From positions 39,940-103,939 of the forward strand of contig MIYU01000012.1 in the NCBI GenBank assembly GCA_001875425.1: a stretch of DNA of 64,000 nt, read 5' to 3'. The translations under genes were made by a program, and so were the position numbers. The stretch is from Marine Group III euryarchaeote CG-Bathy1. Its GTDB lineage: Archaea > Thermoplasmatota > Poseidoniia > MGIII > CG-Epi1. Position 1 is the first letter of the stretch. Each line of letters starts with the position of its first letter. The notes under the pieces were generated by a model, which did no database searches, was not told the DNA's origin, and saw only the letters and a program-made list of their open reading frames with translations. Below are positions 47,231 through 55,667 of this stretch, piece by piece.

Positions 47231-49498
47231 TTATTGATTTCTAAGATAATTCATTGCTGAACCTGCGTTAAACCATTCAATTTGAAGATTATTCATGCTA
47301 TGATTACAAGTAAAATTATCTGAAGTACCGTCAGAATGTTCTGTTCTGACTGTAAGTTTACTTCCGGGTGCTAGTTCTTCAATACCAGATATAGTTATCC
47401 TATCATCAGATTTTAGTAAATGCCAAGATTCGGGATTATCGAATAAAAGTGCCAAAACTCCTTGTTTCTTCAGATTTGTTTCAGCTATTCTAGCAATACT
47501 TCGTGAAATGAGAACTTTGCAGCCTAAAAATCGCGGAGACATAGCTGCGTGTTCACGGCTACTACCTTCCCCGTAATTGATATCAGCTATTGCTGCCCAA
47601 CCTTGATTTGATTCTTTGTATTGTCTAGCAATAGTTGAAACTCCTGCCTTTTCTCCTGTAAATTGATTTATTGCTACACCTTGCTCATCTGCAAAAACGT
47701 TGTACGCGCCCGTATAGCAATTATCAGATATATTATCTAAATGGCCTCGATATCTAAGCCATGGACCGGCAGGAGAGACGTGATCAGTAGTGCATTTTCC
47801 TTCTACTTTCAAAAGAATCGGTAAATTGGAAAGGTCCTGACTTGATGATGGGCTGAATGGTTCTAATGATTGAAGACGTTCACTATTTGGATTGATTACT
47901 AAATCGGCACCTGTGTTTGATGGTGGGATGTAACCTTCGGAACTAAATTCGAAACCGTTTTCTGGAAGTTCTTTACCAGTAGGTGGTTTGAGCATTATAC
48001 TTTGACCATCATCAGTAGGTAATGAATCGGTATTTGGATTAAAATCTAATCGGCCCGCTAAAGCTAAGGCAGTCACAATCTCAGGGCTTGCGAGGAATGA
48101 TAATGTTTGATGATTGCCATCATTTCTTCCACTAAAATTTCGATTATATGAAGAAATAATTGTATTTGTTTGACCAGAGGTGACATCATCTCTTTTCCAT
48201 TGACCGATACATGGCCCACATGCATTTGCCAAAACAGTCCCACCTATAGCGCTGAGCACTTCCATCTGACCATCTCTGCGTATTGTTTGATCTATTTGAT
48301 CTGAACCTGGAGTAACTAAGAATGGGGTTTTTGAAACGAGACCGGCATCTAAAGCTTGTTGAGCTATGGACGCGGCCCTCTCCATATCTTCATATGACGA
48401 ATTTGTACATGACCCTATCAATGCTGCTTTGAGTTCAGTAGGCCAATTATTCTCTTTAGCTTCATCTTCTAAATCAGATAAAGATCTAGCCAAATCAGGA
48501 GTATGAGGGCCTACTACCATCGGTTCTAAAGTAGAAAGATCAATCTCGATTAATTGATCATAATATTTGTCAGGATTTGATTCTACTTCTGGATCTGCCC
48601 TTAGATGTTCGTAATTATTATTTGCTAAATCGGCAATTTGGCTACGGTTTGTTGCGTTAAGATATGATGCCATCCTCTCATCATAAGGAAAAATCGAAGT
48701 TGTAGCACCGACTTCTGCTCCCATGTTACATATTGTTCCTTTACCCGTGCAAGAAATAGTTTTAGTTCCTGGACCGAAATATTCAACTATACTGCCTGTA
48801 CCTCCTTTAACTGTTAGAATTTCACAAACCTTTAGAATTACATCTTTTGGAGAAGACCAACCCTTCAATTCACCAGAAAGTCTAACACCAATCGTCTTTG
48901 GCCATTTTAGATTGAAAGATAATCCTGCCATAACTTCTGTGGCATCAGCGCCACCACAACCTATTGCAATCATACCTAACCCGCCGCCATTTGGTGTATG
49001 TGAATCCGTACCAATCATCATACCTCCTGGAAATGCATAATTTTCTAAAACAACTTGATGTATTATTCCAGACCCCGGTTCCCAAAATCCTATATCCCAT
49101 TTTGATGAAGCTGATTTCAGAAAGGAATATACTTCATCATTTTCTTGATTAGCTGTGATTAAATCTTCATTTCGGCCAACGTGAGCTCGAATCAAATGAT
49201 CGCAATGAACCGTAGATGGAACGGCTACTGATTCTCTGCCTGTAAGGGAAAATTGTAATAGCGCCATTTGTGCAGTGGCATCTTGCATAGCAACTCTGTC
49301 TGGACTTAAATCCGAATATGTTTTTCCACCGAACAATTCCTCAGTTAAATCGGAAGATAAATGTGAATATAGAATTTTTTCTGAGAGAGTAAGAGGGCGA
49401 TTAATTACATGTCTGATTCTATTGATTTTTTCAGAAAGAGAAGTGTAAAAATTTGTAATATAATCGGCATCTAACATTTGAAACGTCATATAATACAA
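47231..49498 (-). CDS. aconitate hydratase (mitochondrial-type, ~755 aa)
   Basis: IIHQVVLENYAFPGGMMIGTDSHTPNGGGLG, CTNSSYEDM, NACGPCIGQW, and C-terminal swivel-domain motifs. Its stop abuts the purM stop with no spacer. Confidence 0.95.
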   Translation of the reverse strand: MYYMTFQMLDADYITNFYTSLSEKINRIRHVINRPLTLSEKILYSHLSSDLTEELFGGKTYSDLSPDRVAMQDATAQMALLQFSLTGRESVAVPSTVHCDHLIRAHVGRNEDLITANQENDEVYSFLKSASSKWDIGFWEPGSGIIHQVVLENYAFPGGMMIGTDSHTPNGGGLGMIAIGCGGADATEVMAGLSFNLKWPKTIGVRLSGELKGWSSPKDVILKVCEILTVKGGTGSIVEYFGPGTKTISCTGKGTICNMGAEVGATTSIFPYDERMASYLNATNRSQIADLANNNYEHLRADPEVESNPDKYYDQLIEIDLSTLEPMVVGPHTPDLARSLSDLEDEAKENNWPTELKAALIGSCTNSSYEDMERAASIAQQALDAGLVSKTPFLVTPGSDQIDQTIRRDGQMEVLSAIGGTVLANACGPCIGQWKRDDVTSGQTNTIISSYNRNFSGRNDGNHQTLSFLASPEIVTALALAGRLDFNPNTDSLPTDDGQSIMLKPPTGKELPENGFEFSSEGYIPPSNTGADLVINPNSERLQSLEPFSPSSSQDLSNLPILLKVEGKCTTDHVSPAGPWLRYRGHLDNISDNCYTGAYNVFADEQGVAINQFTGEKAGVSTIARQYKESNQGWAAIADINYGEGSSREHAAMSPRFLGCKVLISRSIARIAETNLKKQGVLALLFDNPESWHLLKSDDRITISGIEELAPGSKLTVRTEHSDGTSDNFTCNHSMNNLQIEWFNAGSAMNYLRNQ

Positions 49499-49535
49499 CT
49501 AATAGTTAATACGTTTTCTCTTTTTGGAAATTAAA

Positions 49536-50597
49536 CTACCAATAATCCATAGTTGATTTCTTTAACATTTCAGCTGAATAAAATGAATTGTAAAGTAACG
49601 CTTTTTTCCAACCTGAAAAGTTTATCCTTCCCCAATCAACTTCATCACCTTCCTTTACGTTGCGCATTGCGAATTCGAAAGCACGATTACCGAAAATCCA
49701 AAAAATTCCACGTCTTGCTATATCTGCTTTCATTCTATCCTTGAACTGGGCCTTCCACATTTTATCATAATCTCCACCAGTAGATAGTGCTCTTTGTGCG
49801 AGAACACCAGATTCTATGGCATAATTCATACCAAAGCCCCTCCACGGATCTTGAAAACCGGCCGCCTCTCCTGTTTTTAGAATTCCATTTTCGATTGCTG
49901 ATTTAGGAAAGTGAGCACCCCCTACCCCACCTACGGTACCTGTTGGTTTTGCCCCGTCTATAATATCAGAGAGTATCTTTCTTTTTTCGATTGCTTTAAA
50001 GAGTAATTTTTTGGTATTTTTAGTATGTGGGCGAGAAGTGCAATTAACAACTTTTATTGTATCTTTATCCATCGGAATAATATAGAGATACCACCCTCTT
50101 GGAGAAAATCTTTCATCATGCATATATAGAAATTGATCGCGAGGAAAATCTGAATTTTCATAATAAGCACCAAAAGCCGCCATATCTGTACGATAGCTTC
50201 CTGTTGCCAGTATATCTCCAGATTTTGGTTTTTGTTTAGATTTAAAATGGAATTTTACACCTTCAGATTCGGCTTCATCTTTGATACCTCTCTCTAAAGA
50301 ATTATCTCCACCCCTCAGGATTAATGGTAGAGCTTCTTTCATTGACACTGTGAATTCTCTTTTTTGAGTGCAACAAAGAAAGGTTTTTACATTTTTATAG
50401 GTAAATTTTGGTTTCAGTCCCCACTCTTTAAGATAAGATGGTGCATCTCCATGTGAATCTAAAAGAACTTGATAATTAGCGTGAAATTGATCACCTACAT
50501 TTTCTCGTTTTTCGTGTATTTCGACCTTTTCACCTTCCTTGGCAAAATTAACAGCAGCGGCCAAACCAGACAACCCTCCACCAATTATTCTCCTCAT
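49536..50597 (-). CDS. FAD-dependent oxidoreductase, geranylgeranyl-reductase/FixC-like
   Basis: N-terminal IIGGGLSGLAAAVNFAKEGEKVEIHEKR (GxGxxG...E). A GEAAGFQDP-type FAD motif near the C-terminus. The start lies 2 nt after the ferredoxin stop. Confidence 0.7.
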   Translation of the reverse strand: MRRIIGGGLSGLAAAVNFAKEGEKVEIHEKRENVGDQFHANYQVLLDSHGDAPSYLKEWGLKPKFTYKNVKTFLCCTQKREFTVSMKEALPLILRGGDNSLERGIKDEAESEGVKFHFKSKQKPKSGDILATGSYRTDMAAFGAYYENSDFPRDQFLYMHDERFSPRGWYLYIIPMDKDTIKVVNCTSRPHTKNTKKLLFKAIEKRKILSDIIDGAKPTGTVGGVGGAHFPKSAIENGILKTGEAAGFQDPWRGFGMNYAIESGVLAQRALSTGGDYDKMWKAQFKDRMKADIARRGIFWIFGNRAFEFAMRNVKEGDEVDWGRINFSGWKKALLYNSFYSAEMLKKSTMDYW

Positions 50598-50599
50598 GA

Positions 50600-51010
50600 T
50601 TAAAGTGCCTCAAAAGTAGTATTACGGGATGGTTCTTCTGGATAGGAAAGTGCACCTACTGGACAAACTCGGATACAGAATAAACAATCCGTACAATCTT
50701 CATTTATCCATATATTACGTTCATTGTATTCCAATAACATAGCATTAGTTGGACAAACACCTATACAGGCTCCACAAAAGAGACATGATTCTTTATCTAA
50801 ATCTGGTTTAATTATTCTTCTTGAACCATCTTCATCCCATTTCATTCCAGGTGGTTTTGGATTTCCGTTTATCCATTTCCGTTTGAGAGATAATTGACCA
50901 TTTTCATACCATTTCTTTTCCCAGCCATGTTTAATTTTATTTTCATAGGAGACTTCATACTTGTGATGTCCGTTTTCGTAAAAATGTACAACCGTTTCGC
51001 TCTTATTCAT
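50600..51010 (-). CDS. MORN-repeat / 2x[4Fe-4S] ferredoxin fusion protein
   Basis: aa 8-55 hold MORN/YwqK-type repeats (YENGHHKYEVSYENKIKHGWEKKWYENGQLSLKRKWINGN). Two CxxCxxCxxxCP motifs follow (CLFCGACIGVCP and CTDCLFCIRVCP). Confidence 0.75.
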   Translation of the reverse strand: MNKSETVVHFYENGHHKYEVSYENKIKHGWEKKWYENGQLSLKRKWINGNPKPPGMKWDEDGSRRIIKPDLDKESCLFCGACIGVCPTNAMLLEYNERNIWINEDCTDCLFCIRVCPVGALSYPEEPSRNTTFEAL

Positions 51011-51030
51011 TTGATCGTCCTAGATTACAA

Positions 51031-51040
51031 CTTATTATTT
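51031..51040 (-). promoter_or_regulatory. possible TATA box for the ferredoxin/oxidoreductase operon
   Basis: The minus strand reads AAATAATAAG and ends 20 nt upstream of ATG 51010. Confidence 0.3.
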
Positions 51041-51056
51041 ACGAACAATGAAAGAA

Positions 51057-51076
51057 GGCCTTAAATTATTAAGGCC
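51057..51076. promoter_or_regulatory. perfect 8-bp/4-nt-loop palindrome GGCCTTAA-ATTA-TTAAGGCC in the divergent promoter
   Basis: Read directly. It lies about 46 nt from the ferredoxin ATG (51010) and about 44 nt from the reductase ATG (51120). Confidence 0.5.
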
Positions 51077-51119
51077 CGGGTGTATTTTTGAGCGTAACCG
51101 CAAAAATAGGGGAAATAGT

Positions 51120-52508
51120 ATGGAGAAAGAATTCTGGAATGAGGAAATAGATACTGGAAAAGTTCCTGAAAATAAAAGTAAATTTGATGTGATTGTAGTA
51201 GGTGGTGGACCCGTTGGTTCAGCAGCAGCTACATATTCTGCAATGCAAGGAGATAAGGTTCTTCTACTTGAAAAAAGTAGTTATCCCCGAGATAAAACGT
51301 GTGGAGATGCTGTAGGAGGAAAATCTTTGAAACATGTAGAAGCTCTTGGAGTGAAAACGGCTTTAGAAAATAGCCCTCATTATCGCATAACTGGCGTTCT
51401 ATTTACTGCTCCGAACGGAAAATCTTTGAATGTGGAGAGACCTGTAGTAGATGGAGAGCAAGAATTGGCTGGATATGTTCTTCCTCGCGCACAATTTGAT
51501 TGGTTGATGTTTAATCGAGCGACTGAAGTAATATTGCAAAATGGAGGTGCAGTTGTTCAAGATTTTAATGTTAAAGAAATAATATATGATGATGGAAGAG
51601 ATGGTAAAGATCCTGGGCCGAATAGTGGAGATAAAAGAAGAATTGTTGGGATAAGAGGAAAGACGAAAGAAGAAGATATGGAGTATTCTGCATCTCTGAC
51701 CATCGGTGCAGGAGGCGTTCGTTGTCCGGTTGCAACTTCAATTGTAGAAGAGACTTATCAAAAGACGATGGTTGATAGTAAAAAAGAACATTATAGTGCA
51801 GCATACAGACAGTATTGGAAAGGGGTTAAGGGGTTGAATCACAAAGAAGGGATGATAGAATTTCACTATATTAAAGGAGTTATTCCCGGATATTTTTGGA
51901 TTTTTCCATTATCAGAAGATACTGCTAATGTAGGATTTGGAATAGTATTGAATGAATTATCTAAGCATGAGAAAAAATTGAAGGGGTTGCAAGATTACAT
52001 AATAAATGAAAAAATGCCTGAAAGATTCAAAGATGCAGAGCTTGTAGAAGGGAGTAGTAAGGGATGGCAATTACCATTAGGATCCCCTAGAAAGGGGGAA
52101 GAGATGCAACCGAGGAGATTGTTTGCAAATGGCGCCATGGTTGTTGGGGATGCAGGAAGTCTAGTTGATCCATTTAGTGGTGAAGGAATAGCTAATGGAT
52201 TTTTATCCGCGAAAATGGCTATTGATTATTTTGATAGAGAAAGACATAATGATGGTTTTCCTTTAGAAGAAGGGATGAAGTATCAAAAAGAATTATGGGA
52301 TACACTTGGACCTGAGTTAACAAACTCATACAGAATACAAAGATTGATGTCATGGCCATTCTCAAAAGGATGGTTGATAAATATGATAATAAACAAAGCA
52401 AGAAAGAAGCCTGAATTACAAAGAGTTCTATCAGATTGTCTTGTTTCTCCAGAAGCTCAAAAACAGATAACTGATTATCGATTCTTAGCTAGACAATTAT
52501 TGTTCTGA
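51120..52508 (+). CDS. geranylgeranyl reductase family flavoprotein
   Basis: FDVIVVGGGPVGSAAA...LLLEK, RDKTCGDAV, GDAGSLVDPFSGEGI. I placed the start at ATG 51120. The track start at 51048 would put the palindrome inside coding sequence and remains possible. Confidence 0.8.
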   Translation: MEKEFWNEEIDTGKVPENKSKFDVIVVGGGPVGSAAATYSAMQGDKVLLLEKSSYPRDKTCGDAVGGKSLKHVEALGVKTALENSPHYRITGVLFTAPNGKSLNVERPVVDGEQELAGYVLPRAQFDWLMFNRATEVILQNGGAVVQDFNVKEIIYDDGRDGKDPGPNSGDKRRIVGIRGKTKEEDMEYSASLTIGAGGVRCPVATSIVEETYQKTMVDSKKEHYSAAYRQYWKGVKGLNHKEGMIEFHYIKGVIPGYFWIFPLSEDTANVGFGIVLNELSKHEKKLKGLQDYIINEKMPERFKDAELVEGSSKGWQLPLGSPRKGEEMQPRRLFANGAMVVGDAGSLVDPFSGEGIANGFLSAKMAIDYFDRERHNDGFPLEEGMKYQKELWDTLGPELTNSYRIQRLMSWPFSKGWLINMIINKARKKPELQRVLSDCLVSPEAQKQITDYRFLARQLLF

Positions 52509-53318
52509 AGCCGAAACAGTATTGCTCATTAGCATTGCTACAGTCATTGGTCCAACCCCGCCTGGAACTGGTGTAATGGCTTTCACTTTATTTGCTACAT
52601 TGGGTGCACAGTCTCCAACTAAACCATCATCTGTACGATTAACACCTACATCTATAACTATTGTATTTTCAGTAACCATATCTTCATTGAGTGTGTTTAG
52701 ATAGCCTGTAGCAACTACTACAATATCTGCAGATTTGGTATGTTGAGAAATATCTTTTGTTTTACTGTGGCATATAGTTGTAGTTGCATCGATGCCTTTA
52801 TTGAGAAGAAGATTAGCGAGCGGTTTACCAACTATATTACTACGGCCAACGACTACGACATGTTTTCCATTCAAATTGTAATTTGAACGTTGAAGTAGTT
52901 CGATTATACCAGCAGGTGTACAAGGAAGTAATGTTGGTTCGCCCCTCATTAACAGACCTAAATTCATTGGATGAAACCCATCAACATCTTTTTCTGGGGA
53001 AATTCTAGTTAGACAAGAAAGTAGAGTTTCGGGGATAGGTAATTGGATTATTATTCCATTTGAATCAGAATTTAATTTATCAATTAAAGAGTTCAAATCA
53101 GTTAGAGAGATGTCAATTGGCAAGTGGTGATGTTGTAATTCAATACCTACACGATTGGCTGCTTTTGCCTTAGCTTTTATGTAAGAAGAACTAGCAGAAT
53201 CATCTCCGATTTGAATGACAGATAGTATTGGTTTGAAAGCTAATTTACCGATTCTGATTTTTAATTCTGATTCTATTTCTCTAGCTATCAAAACGCCATC
53301 AATTATTTGAGCAGTCAT
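52497..53318 (-). CDS. folD: bifunctional methylenetetrahydrofolate dehydrogenase/cyclohydrolase
   Basis: IIDGVLIAREI, VVVGRSNIVGKPLANLLL, ITPVPGGVGPMTVAMLM. Confidence 0.9.
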   Translation of the reverse strand: MTAQIIDGVLIAREIESELKIRIGKLAFKPILSVIQIGDDSASSSYIKAKAKAANRVGIELQHHHLPIDISLTDLNSLIDKLNSDSNGIIIQLPIPETLLSCLTRISPEKDVDGFHPMNLGLLMRGEPTLLPCTPAGIIELLQRSNYNLNGKHVVVVGRSNIVGKPLANLLLNKGIDATTTICHSKTKDISQHTKSADIVVVATGYLNTLNEDMVTENTIVIDVGVNRTDDGLVGDCAPNVANKVKAITPVPGGVGPMTVAMLMSNTVSASEQ

Positions 53319-53326
53319 GTTAACAT

Positions 53327-53764
53327 CTATTCGAGAGCATCTAGTGTGTATAAAGAAACCTCTATCCTAGGTGCGTCACCTTGAGGTGCTATTCTTTTTC
53401 TTATGATTAATTCTGAAATTTGAGAATCGTCGTGATAAAAAACTCCGGTTAAACCGTCCTTTATTGCTTTTGCTATATTATCTGCATCTGGTCTCTTTGC
53501 ATGATGTTCTTCAAGACGAGGTTTAGTCTTGCGCCAACGACTTTTTGGACATGGGAAATACGCCATGATATCCAAACCCAGTGGTCCGTCCAATAATTCA
53601 TCAATATTGTTGTCTTCTTTATGTTTCTGAGCTAGATATTGAATATCAGCTTTGTAAACTTTACTCGCCTTTGGATCTGTAGCAACTACGAAACTACCGC
53701 GTCTGTAAAATCTAGGTCTGCCTTGTGCAACGGGCTTACCTGGTATTGTAAGTTCTATCCTCAA
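53327..53764 (-). CDS. rusA: RusA-family Holliday junction resolvase-like protein
   Basis: IPGKPVAQGRPRF N-terminal motif, plus DADNIAKAIKDGLTGVFYHDDSQISEL (the DxDNxxKxxxDxL...DDxQ catalytic acidic motifs). TTG start. It lies 8 nt upstream of folD. Confidence 0.7.
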   Translation of the reverse strand: MRIELTIPGKPVAQGRPRFYRRGSFVVATDPKASKVYKADIQYLAQKHKEDNNIDELLDGPLGLDIMAYFPCPKSRWRKTKPRLEEHHAKRPDADNIAKAIKDGLTGVFYHDDSQISELIIRKRIAPQGDAPRIEVSLYTLDALE

Positions 53765-53800
53765 TGAAAGGTGATAGGGTACTGACTAAAGCAATTTGTG

Positions 53801-55621
53801 ATGAAAAGGTTAGTCTTATTTACACCTCGACTAACGGTCAGATATGGTATACTTAGTGTAACCCGCATAGCAGTACTTCATGAGGACCTATGCCAGCCTA
53901 AAAATTGTCAGAACGAATGCCATAACTTTTGCCCGCCTGTAAGAAACGGGATAGAAGTGATAACGTGGCTAAAAAACAATAAGCCATTAATTTCAGAGGA
54001 ACTTTGTATAGGTTGTGGAATATGTATTCACAAATGCCCGTTCGATGCCATTGCTATAATTAATCTTCCAGATGATAGAGATAAAGAAATAGTTCATAGA
54101 TACGGACAAAATGATTTTCGTTTATTTGGAATTCCTAAACCTCAACAAGGAAAGGTAGTTGGGTTACTAGGTGCTAATGGAACAGGAAAAACAACAGCAG
54201 TCTCATTACTTTCAGGTGATTTAACACCCAATTTAGGGGATTGGGAAAACGATGGAGAGGCTACAAAGGTTATAGAATATTTTGCTGGAACCGAACTTCA
54301 GAATCACTTTAAAGCAATTCAAAGTGGGGAGATGAAAGTAGTTGTAAAACCACAATATGTGGACCAGATACCGAAGATTTTTGAAGGAACGTTAAGGAAT
54401 TTATTAGAAAATATAGGAACAAAGAGTGAAGTTGAAAAAATAGCTAAAGAAATGAGACTTACGAGTTTGGACACTATATTATCGAAACTATCTGGTGGTG
54501 AACTACAGAAAGGAGCCATCGCAGCCACCCTCTTGAAAGAAGCTGATTTGTATTTAATTGATGAGCCTTCGTCGTATTTAGATATAGAACAGAGATTGTT
54601 AGTGTCGAAATTAATTAAAAAAATGGGGAAGGAGAAGAAAGTAATAATAGTTGAACACGACTTAGCGATTCTTGATTTTATAGCAGAAGAATTGAATATA
54701 CTCTATGGTAAAGAAAATGCATATGGAATGGTTGCGAAAACTCTGGCAACTAGGAATGGAATCAATTCTTATTTAGAAGGACATTTGAAAGAAGAGAATA
54801 TCAGAATAAGGGATAATAAAATAAAATTTCTAGAACATCCACCGAGAAGTAGTTGGAAAAATCAAGTTTTGACTATGTGGCCTAAGATGAAAAAAGAATA
54901 TTCGAATTTTTCTCTTGAAGTTGATGAAGGAGAAATATTACAAGGTCAAGTTCTCGGCGTTGTTGGAAAAAATGCAACTGGAAAGACTACTTTTGTCAAA
55001 ATGATAGCAGGAGTTGAAAATCCTGATGAAGGAGAAGTAGACATGAAAACTGTAGTGGCTTACAAACCTCAATACATTGAAGCAGTAGAGGGATCCATAG
55101 TTGGTGACGTTCTCAGATCTGTAAAGGGATTTGACGAGCAATTTTTCTCTAGTGAAATAGAACGACCGATGTCACTTACCACCCTTATGGATAGAGAGAT
55201 GTCTTCGTTATCGGGTGGAGAATTACAACGTGTTGCTATAGCAGAATGTCTTCTAAAGGAAGCAGAACTATACCTTCTAGATGAACCTTCTGCATACCTT
55301 GATGCAAATCAACGTATGATAGCTGCGAGAACGATAAGAAGAGTGATGGAGCACAAAGGATGTTCTGCTCTTGTAGTGGATCACGATGTGTATTTCATAG
55401 ATTACATATCTGATGGGATAATACTTTTTGAAGGGGAATCGGGAAAAACTGGGAACATGTTTGGACCGTATAAAATGAGAAAGGGAATGAATGAATTCCT
55501 TAAGCGAGTAGGCGTTACATTTAGAAGAGACAAAAATACACATAGACCTAGAATAAATAATCCCGAATCTAGACTTGACAGGTTACAAAAAGAGAAGGGT
55601 GAATACTACTATCCGGACTAA
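53801..55621 (+). CDS. abce1: ABCE1 / RNase L inhibitor-type ribosome recycling ATPase
   Basis: N-terminal FeS domain (CQPKNCQNECHNFCP and CIGCGICIHKCP). Two ABC cassettes (GANGTGKTT/LSGGELQ and GKNATGKTT/LSGGELQR). There is a ~20-aa N-terminal extension relative to the usual MRIAV-type start. Confidence 0.9.
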   Translation: MKRLVLFTPRLTVRYGILSVTRIAVLHEDLCQPKNCQNECHNFCPPVRNGIEVITWLKNNKPLISEELCIGCGICIHKCPFDAIAIINLPDDRDKEIVHRYGQNDFRLFGIPKPQQGKVVGLLGANGTGKTTAVSLLSGDLTPNLGDWENDGEATKVIEYFAGTELQNHFKAIQSGEMKVVVKPQYVDQIPKIFEGTLRNLLENIGTKSEVEKIAKEMRLTSLDTILSKLSGGELQKGAIAATLLKEADLYLIDEPSSYLDIEQRLLVSKLIKKMGKEKKVIIVEHDLAILDFIAEELNILYGKENAYGMVAKTLATRNGINSYLEGHLKEENIRIRDNKIKFLEHPPRSSWKNQVLTMWPKMKKEYSNFSLEVDEGEILQGQVLGVVGKNATGKTTFVKMIAGVENPDEGEVDMKTVVAYKPQYIEAVEGSIVGDVLRSVKGFDEQFFSSEIERPMSLTTLMDREMSSLSGGELQRVAIAECLLKEAELYLLDEPSAYLDANQRMIAARTIRRVMEHKGCSALVVDHDVYFIDYISDGIILFEGESGKTGNMFGPYKMRKGMNEFLKRVGVTFRRDKNTHRPRINNPESRLDRLQKEKGEYYYPD

Positions 55622-55667
55622 AATAACAACAACGAATTAGTTTTATGCTCTAATTAATACCGCTAAT

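Noticed and set aside
55637-55657. Small hairpin AATTAG-N9-CTAATT after the ABCE1 gene as a terminator
   Set aside because: It has only 6 AT-rich base pairs and no following T-tract, so it cannot be distinguished from chance in this AT-rich DNA.
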